DNA from: the human T2T-CHM13v2.0 reference genome, Homo sapiens
Length of the DNA stretch: 64,000 nucleotides
Assembly: GCF_009914755.1 (NCBI RefSeq)
Contig: NC_060930.1
Strand: one strand, 5' to 3'
The notes below the pieces were generated by a model. It saw only the letters and a program-made list of their open reading frames with translations. It was not told where the DNA came from and ran no database searches. This document shows positions 55,892-64,000 of the stretch, in pieces (position 1 is the stretch's first letter; each line of letters opens with the position of its first letter). The position numbers were made by a program, and so were the translations under genes.

Positions 55892-56498
55892 TGTTGTTAG
55901 AAGAGCTGAAGCAGGACTGGCTTGTCTGTCATAATGTAAAAGAGTCTTGGAAGATGTCCGGGGTCCAGGGTCCAAAACCCCTCGTGGCCTTTGGAACACC
56001 AAGCTCTGTGCCAAATGGTGGAAGGCTGCCCTGCCGCACCACAAATCTAAGCCTAGGGCATAAAACCCCTTGTGGCTTGGATGGAACCCAGGGCTCAGGG
56101 CATAAAACCCCTCATAGCCTCTGGAAAGTGCACAGACTTGTTGGTTCCTTGCTTTTCACTCATAAACGTGTCCTCTACTATCTCAAGCAGCAGAGTATAT
56201 TCTACATGTGTCAAAGAAAATGCTAAACTGTCACAGCTACGCTTAATGCACCACTACCTTTCTACCCCCATGTCCTCATGCCCTCACCTGTTTACCCTCA
56301 CGTCCTCACCACCTGCTTCTTTGTTTGATCACCAATAAATAGTGTGGGCTCCCAGAGCTTAGGGCCTTTGCAGCCTCCAATCTAGTGCTGGCACCCTGGA
56401 CCCACTTTATGCACTCTTAACTTGTCTTTTCTCATTCCTTTGACCCCGCCGGACTTTGTAGCCCCCACGGCCTGGTGTTGGGCCTGATCACCCCAACA
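55892..56498 (+). mobile_element. LTR3-like (ERVK, HML-6) solo LTR, sense orientation in TRIM38 intron 7
   Basis: tgttg...ggtgttgggcctgatcaccccaaca; 6-bp TSD actaca/actacc; AATAAA at 56334-56339. Confidence 0.75.
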
Positions 56499-56726
56499 AC
56501 TACCACTTATTAGGTGGTTACCATGTACCAGGAATTTTACCAAGCATTAAGCAAACATAAGCTTATTCAATCCTACCCACCATTCTCTGCAACAAATACG
56601 GTAATTTCCACTTTATAGTTAACAAACTGAGGCTCAGAAAGTTAAATGATTTGCCTAAGCTCACCCAGTTTATAAGAAACAATAGTTGGGTTTGAACACA
56701 GGCTGGTTTTATTGAAAATAACTTGT

Positions 56727-57030
<304 letters not shown>

Positions 57031-57086
57031 ACCTGTGTTCTTCACAGCAACAAAATTATTTTTGTTTGTTTTGTTTTGTTTTGCAG

Positions 57087-57610
57087 TTAGTGTGACTCTG
57101 GATCCAGATACAGCTCATCACGAACTAATTCTCTCTGAGGATCGGAGACAAGTGACTCGTGGATACACCCAGGAGAATCAGGACACATCTTCCAGGAGAT
57201 TTACTGCCTTCCCCTGTGTCTTGGGTTGTGAAGGCTTCACCTCAGGAAGACGTTACTTTGAAGTGGATGTTGGCGAAGGAACCGGATGGGATTTAGGAGT
57301 TTGTATGGAAAATGTGCAGAGGGGCACTGGCATGAAGCAAGAGCCTCAGTCTGGATTCTGGACCCTCAGGCTGTGCAAAAAGAAAGGCTATGTAGCACTT
57401 ACTTCTCCCCCAACTTCCCTTCATCTGCATGAGCAGCCCCTGCTTGTGGGAATTTTTCTGGACTATGAGGCCGGAGTTGTATCCTTTTATAACGGGAATA
57501 CTGGCTGCCACATCTTTACTTTCCCGAAGGCTTCCTTCTCTGATACTCTCCGGCCCTATTTCCAGGTTTATCAATATTCTCCTTTGTTTCTGCCTCCCCC
57601 AGGTGACTAA
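57087..57610 (+). CDS. TRIM38: TRIM38 terminal coding exon: PRY/SPRY (B30.2) domain
   Basis: ttgcag|TT AGT GTG. Encodes VTLDPDTAH...[13 protein letters not shown]...FLDYEAG...LRPYF...PPGD*. The six exons sum to 411+96+231+23+113+524=1398 nt = 465 aa plus stop. Confidence 0.98.
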
Positions 57611-58519
57611 GGAAAAGAGCAGAAGCTCCTTGGTTTAACCAGCACAGAGAAAATAATATAAATCCCATAAGGGCAGACGTTTGGTCTGTTTTCTTCGCTG
57701 TCATTTCCTTAGTAGTTAGACTAGTGCTGAGATTTTAGTGGATATATAATTGATTTATGTTGAATATATGGACTTAGCAACTAAAAATACCACAGATGGT
57801 TAACCTGGACTGGGGCAAAGCAAGATAATAGTGATGATCGTATGTTGCTGTCTCCATCCGTCTTTAATGGGTCAGGGCTTTGATTTCCAAGGGTCTTCAG
57901 GTGATGAGTAGGGGTACCCACAAGTCAGAAGGTCTGCGTTCTCCTAGTTTGTTTGCTGCCATTTGAACTCATGTAGGGAATGAAAGAAAGCTGCAATTAT
58001 CCGCCAACTGCATTTAAAACAAAACAAAACAGAAAAATCAAAATAACATTGACTCTTCCAACCACTGACATGTTGTTTAATAATCTAAGCGGCAGTCCTG
58101 GAGGCTACCAGACTTACTGAGTTCTACCTGAGAAACAGCCAAGCAAAGTGTGAGAGAAGGGTTAAGACTGGCTTACAATGAGATGCTTCAAATGAAAAGG
58201 GAATTATGAGTAAAATTGAACTTTGATGGGGGATTCAGTTCTGGAAAAGAATTTGGTATTTTCCAGTCTGCTAGGACCAATTACCTTGAAATATTTTAAA
58301 ATCTCAGTAAATAGTTATTGCTGAAATGGCTGTTGGCAGTTCTTATTATGATTCAGAGAAGAGCAAATAGACCTTAACTTCATTTTGAAAAAGACCAAAT
58401 TACCATACCCGAGTGAGTAATGACAGGACTACAACTAAAACATAAACAACATTAATGATGACCATAAAAAGTCACAAAATTGCTAAATGTTATAATTTAG
58501 AGTTGACATAAAAATTGAT

Positions 58520-58776
58520 GGCCAGGCATGGTGGCTCACGCCTGTAATCCCAGAACTATGTGAGGCTGAGGCAGGTGGATCACTTGAGGTCAGGAGTTCA
58601 ACACCAGCCTGGCCAACATGGTGAAACCCTGTCTCTACTAAAAATACAAAAATTAGCCGGGCATGGTGGTAGGGGCCTGTAACCCAGCTACTCGTGAGGC
58701 CAAGGCAGGAGAATTGCTTGAGCCTGCAGCAGCTGCAGTAAGCCAAGATCATGCTGTGCCTCAAGGAAAAAAAAAA
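58520..58776 (+). mobile_element. AluS in the TRIM38 3' UTR region (right arm partly deleted)
   Basis: Dimer with deletions; A tail. Confidence 0.9.
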
Positions 58777-58983
58777 TTAATGTTTACTGATATTTGTTGA
58801 AGTCCTACAACATCACCTCTGAGAATAGGAGAAATGAAGCAACAGTTGTGTCTAGATGTCAGAGGCATGGCTGGGCCTCCATCTCTGCCTAAGGGAGATA
58901 TAAAAGAGTTCAAACTATTGCCCATGTTCCCCAGGGTCAGAAGTTCTAATTATGATGATAGAGGCTGGGTTGTAAGTAGTAAG

Positions 58984-59511
58984 TGAAGGGTAGCAGAATA
59001 TGCCATCTTTGGCATAAGAAGTATTTTGAGTTGAAGACAATTGAGAAAAAAAATAGATTAAAAACAAACAAACACCTCTGCCCTCTCCCTGTTTGCCTAA
59101 AAGCAGGATATGAAATTGTGAAGGTGTCTTCTTACTCGGGGAAGAACAAAAGTTAGTCACCAGAGACTTTAGACTCTTATCAGCCTGGACATAGCACCAG
59201 AGAAGTCTTTTTTTTAAAAAAAAAAAAAAAAAAAAGGGAAAGAAAAAGTTGCCTTCCCACAATTTACTGCACTAGAAACTCAAAGTCCTTTTCGTCTTCC
59301 TTGTCACTTAAAAAATGTATTCTTTTCTTAAAATGCTATATAAGCCCAAGTTCTAAATCCTCTTTTGAGTATTCATCTCAGTACTCCCCTGTGTTTGTAC
59401 AATGCACATGCTTTGTTTCTGTCTTGTCAATCTGTCTTTTGTTAGTCTACTTGATAGGGCCACAGATGGAGAACCTAAGATGAATAGAAAAAAAAGATTT
59501 TTCTCCCCAAC
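58984..59511 (+). mobile_element. MER31/MER34-group ERV1 LTR downstream of the TRIM38 stop codon
   Basis: tgaagggtagcagaatatgcca...tggcataag...ttttctccccaaca. Confidence 0.55.
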
Positions 59512-59816
59512 AGAAGGATTATCGCCAGTTGCACTTGTTCTATATACCCGTAGTCTCGGTATGCTGACCCAGACTTGGGTAATAGGACCCAGTGGGTAAC
59601 CGAGGAACCCCACCTTTGTGCAGGATCAGTGAAGATGTAATCTGGATATTCATAAGCTCTTCTCTACCTCTTGGCATCCCACAGTCCTGTGTTAATGTAA
59701 GTGTGGTCTTCCCCAGAAAGGGGAGGCCTCCCTAACATTGTTAAAGCCTAGCATATGCTGCTTAGAGGAAATTCTATATCCCTAAGCACTTAGATTGCTG
59801 AATAAGAAAGAATGAT

Positions 59817-59864
59817 AATAAAATAAACAATTAAATAAAAGTTTTAAAAAATGAATAAAATAAA
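59817..59864 (+). terminator. Cluster of five AATAAA hexamers, candidate TRIM38 polyadenylation region
   Basis: AATAAA at 59817, 59822, 59834, 59854 and 59859, the first canonical hexamers I found after the stop codon. The A-rich context makes real use uncertain. Confidence 0.4.
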
Positions 59865-60167
59865 CCTGTGGAAACTATAAGGAAGGCCAGAAGAAATATA
59901 AAATTGGAGATTAATTGGGGTGCAGGAAAGTTATGGAAAGAATATAAGTCCTGCTAGATAAATCATTAGCTATTTTAATAAAGAATACAGAAGAAAATAG
60001 GAACAAAAGAATATATACTGGAATAATTTTGAGAGTAATTTGAAGAATTAGATGCAAATAAATTTGAAAACCTTTAAAAAGAAACCAATGGCCTAACTGA
60101 CCCAAGAAGGGAAAGAAAATCTAAACAGACTGATAAATACAAAATGAAATTCAGACACTTACAGAGC

Positions 60168-60455
60168 AGCCAGGCATGGTGGCTCACACCTGTAATCCTG
60201 TCACTTTGGGAGGCTGAGATGGGAGGATCACTTGAGGCTAGGAGTTTGAGACTAGCCTGGGCAAGGCTCCCATCTCTAAAAGAAAAGAAATTAGCTGGGC
60301 ATGGTGGCATGTGCCTTAGTTTCAGCTACTCAGGAGGCTGAGACGAGGATTGCTTGAGCCTAGGAGGGCAAGGCTGCAGTGAGCCATGGTCATGCCACTG
60401 AATTCCAGCCTAAGTGACAGAGCAAGACCTTGTCTCAAAAAAAAAAAAAAAAAAA
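60168..60455 (+). mobile_element. AluJ
   Basis: Dimer; TSD-like ttacagagc. Confidence 0.9.
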
Positions 60456-61846
60456 GTTACAGAGCTCCAACTAAATAATGTGGGGAACAAAAGAAAAAAG
60501 AAGATGATTTTATGGCTGATTTTTTTTTTAAGGAAAAGCAATTCATGTACCCTTGAAGATTAGATTAAGTTCTATAAAATAGCCCAAAATGACAGTGGCT
60601 GAAACAAGTTTATTTCTCTCCCATTTAAAGCAAGTCTAGATGTGGAAGTCTGGGAAGCCCAGAAAATCCAGGTCTTGTTTGTGTATGGAAACTCCAGAAA
60701 ATCACAGATTCCTTCCAGCCACCCCTCAATTACCCCTGGGATCCAAGAGAGCCACTAAAGTTCCAGCCATCATACTCACAACCCAAGTTGTAGGATGGAA
60801 AAAAGGACACAAAAGTAGGGTGAAGAGCATGTGTGCAACAGCTCTCTTTTACTCTAGTGTCCTAAAACCTATCATAAAACCTTTGGCTTGCCTTGCATTA
60901 GCCAGAATTTAGTACATGGCCACACTTAAGAAGTCAGAAAGATTAGCTTTTTTTCCAGGGTAGTTGGCTGAAAATCAGGAGTTCTCATATTAAAAAACAG
61001 AGAAGGGACATCGAATAGATGACCAACAATCTCCTTCACACTCATACTATTTAAACTGTCCTAGTCAATGACCAAAAAAGAAAAGCCTACAAACTCATTG
61101 ATATAAAAGCTTAACAAAGGTACTCCCCGCACCCCCCGCCACACACCATCCCCAAAAGGAAATTTCTAATCCAATTAACAGTCTTAGGTTGGGCTGCTGA
61201 AACAAAATACCACAGCCTGAGTGACTTAAACAACGACAATTTATCTCTCACTGTTCTGAGGTCTGAGTTGATTCTTTGTGAAGGCCCTTTCCTAGCTTGC
61301 AGATGGCTACCTTCCTGCTATGTCTTCACATGGCAAAGAGAGAGCTAGCTTTCTGGTCTTTTCTTATAAGGGACCAGTCCCATCATGCCCATCATGAAGA
61401 CTCGATCTGCTAGGATCTCAACTAAACCTAACTATCACCCAAAGAGCCCACCTCCAAAGACCATCACATTGAATGTGAGAGTTTCTACATATGCATTGTG
61501 GGAAACACAAACATTTACTTCAACTGTAACTATTGAAGCAAAAATGTCCCCCCACCATAGACATCCAGCACCACAGTAGTACATTTATTACAATTGAACT
61601 TACATTGACACGTCATTATCAACGAAAGTCTGTAATTTACATTAGGGTTTATTCTTGGTGTTGTGCTTTCTATGGGTTTTGACAAATGTATAATGTCATG
61701 TATTCACCATTATAGTATCACAGAAGTTTCACTGCCCTAAAAATCCTGTGTTCTGCCTTTTCAACACTTCCTGTCACCCAATTTCTATCAACTAATCTTT
61801 TGACTGTGTCCATAGTTACTGTCTTTTCTAGAGTGTCATACAGTTG

Positions 61847-62291
61847 TGAAGCAGGAAGCAGGAGTGAACTCCGGAGGCAGGGACTTTACTCCGGACCAGA
61901 TTGAAGACTAGCCGAAACAGGGACGAGGTTAAAGCACCTCTCCATAAGACACGCCCACCAGCGCCATGTCAGTTTTTCGTTGCCATGGCAACAACAGGAC
62001 ATTATCGACTTCTTTCCTCTGTACCTACTCCGAAGTTACCACTCTTTTTCTAGAAATTTCTGCATAATCCCCCTTAACATGCACTTAACTAAAAGCAGGT
62101 ATATTACTGCAGAACTGCCCCTGAGCTGCTACTCTGGGCACATTACTTATGGGTTAGCCCTGCTCAGCAAGGAGCAGTACCTGTTCTGCTGTTGTACACT
62201 GCTGCTTCAGTAAAAGTTGCTAACACCACCACTTCACCCTTGAATTCTTCCCGGGCTAAGCCCTAATTTTTGGCTTGCTTGCCCTGCATCA
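61847..62291 (+). mobile_element. MER66-family solo LTR inserted in L1
   Basis: tgaagcagg...ccataagacacgcccaccag...gccctgcatca; perfect TSD GTTG. Confidence 0.75.
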
Positions 62292-62381
62292 GTTGGAGTC
62301 ATATAGTATGCAGTCTTTTCAGGTTGGCTTTTTAGTAACATACATTTAAGTTTCCTTCATGTGTTTTCATGGCTTGATCGT

Positions 62382-62403
62382 TTCTTTTCTTTTTCTTTTT
62401 CTT

Positions 62404-62448
<45 letters not shown>

Positions 62449-62671
62449 AGACAGAGGAGTCTTGCTCTGTTGCCCAGGCTGAAGTGCAGTGGCACTGGCT
62501 CACTGCAACCTCCATCTCCCAGGTTCAAACGATTCTCATATCTCAGCCTCCCGAGTAGCTGGGATTACAGGCTCACGCCACTATGCCCGGCTAATTGGGG
62601 TTTTCCCATGTTGACCAGGCTGGTCTCAAACTCCTGGCCTCAAGCAATCCACCCACTTCGGCCTCCCAAAG
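62382..62671 (-). mobile_element. Alu (antisense, internally deleted) with long poly-T
   Basis: Antisense Alu arms. Confidence 0.88.
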
Positions 62672-64000
62672 TGAATGCATTTCTTTTTAACTCTAAATAA
62701 CATTCCATTATTCAGAAGTACCACAGTTATCCACTTACCTACTGAAAGACATCTTGTTTCCAAGTTTTGGATAAATTATGAATAAAGCTGCTATAAACAT
62801 CTATGTGCAGGTTTTTGTGTGGAGATAAGTTTTCAATTCCTTTGGATAAATACTAAGGAGTGTGATTGGTGAATCTTATGGTAAAAGTATGGTTACTTTT
62901 GTAAGAAACCACCAAACTGTCTTCCAAAGTGATTGCACATTTTGCATTCTCACCAGTAATGAACAAGTTACTATTGCTACATATCTTTGCAACCTTTGGT
63001 GCTGACAGTGTTCTAAATTTTGGTCATTCTACTAGGTATGCAGTGGTATCTACTTGTTTTAATTTGCAGTTCCCTAATGACATGATGTCAAGCATCTTTT
63101 CATATGCATACTTGCATCTGTGTATCTTCTTTGGTGAACAGATGTTCAGGTCATTGGCCTGCTTTAAATCAGGTTATTTTCTTACTGTTGAGTTTTAAGT
63201 ATTCTTTGTATATTCTAAAAATATTGTTCTTCATCAGATCTGTCTTTTGCAAACATTACCTGCCAATGTGTGGCTTTTCTTCAACACTTCTTTGTAAATT
63301 TGCAAGTCCTTTGAGAAAAGAAATGCACCCAAAGTATTAATTTGGCAATCTCATATCACGAGAGTACTCTAAAGCTAAATAAATTACAGTTTTTCAAATT
63401 TTGAATTAATTGATCTTTGCTATTGTTAGCAAGGTCTTGTATTCTTTTTTTTTTTTTTTTTTTTTTTTTAATAGAGACGGGTCTTGCTACAGTGCCCAGG
63501 CTGGTCTCGAACTCCAGGCCTAAAATGATCCTCCTGCCTTGGCCTTCCAAAGTACTGGGATTACAGGCATAAGTCACCACGCTCAGCCATCTGGTATTCT
63601 TTAGCAACTGTTTGGTAACTTAATCTTTCACTTTTTGAAAACAAAAAATAGTTTTTTTCTCATAGTTTTCTAACAAAATCTTCATAACTGAAATAATTTC
63701 TCTTTATCACCTCTTCTTATAAATATGGTTTTCTTTTTTTAAATAAAAATTTAAGACATTTTATAACTGGCCAAATTTACTAGCTTAGATACTATTAGAT
63801 AGTCAATATTTTTTGTTGGATATTTGATTTTTATTTCAGGCAACTAATATCTATTCATTTTTGCACTGTTGGAAGAAAATTACTGATCAAATTCACTATG
63901 TATTTGCAGAAAATGGCTTTCAATATTGTCTACTTTATCATCCTTTTTTTTTTTTTCTTTCTTCCTTTTTAGATACAGGGTCTCACTATGTTGCCCAGGC

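Larger units (their letters stand above)
61525..63300 (-). mobile_element. L1M 3' region with nested MER66 and Alu
   Basis: tacattgacacgtcattatc...tatgggttttgacaaatgtataatg...gaataaagctgctataaacat. Confidence 0.75.

Noticed and set aside
57035-57086. N-terminal extension [17 protein letters not shown] of the SPRY ORF
   Set aside because: It is the intron 7 polypyrimidine tract read in frame from a non-ATG start; the exon begins at 57087.

Overview
Primate (human-like) genomic DNA, repeat-rich, recognisable as the SLC17A2-TRIM38 interval of human 6p22.2. The only intact protein-coding sequence is TRIM38 (+ strand): two non-coding exons plus six coding exons that join to 1398 nt, giving a 465-aa RING/B-box/coiled-coil/PRY-SPRY protein. 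The probable non-coding first exon and liver-type promoter of SLC17A2 lie on the - strand at about 4.1-4.6 kb. The rest is mostly Alu, L1, MIR/L2, MaLR and ERV sequence, including a deleted MER41 provirus. Best observations: (1) a candidate fossil TRIM gene (decayed RING, B-box and PRY/SPRY remnants) head-to-head with TRIM38, whose PRY exon is split by a MER41B LTR and regains its frame when the LTR is removed; (2) ERV-derived motifs upstream of TRIM38, namely two perfect GAS sites plus an IRF motif in that MER41B and a perfect p53 element in a MER61 LTR; (3) the first coding exon of TRIM38 starts at an LTR-donated splice acceptor followed by a 49-nt copy of intronic sequence carrying a micro-uORF; (4) a sense-strand LTR3-like element with an intact AATAAA just before the SPRY exon; (5) several short local duplications. 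Repeat subfamily names and gene identities come from recognition, not from a database search. Repeat boundaries without a stated TSD are approximate.
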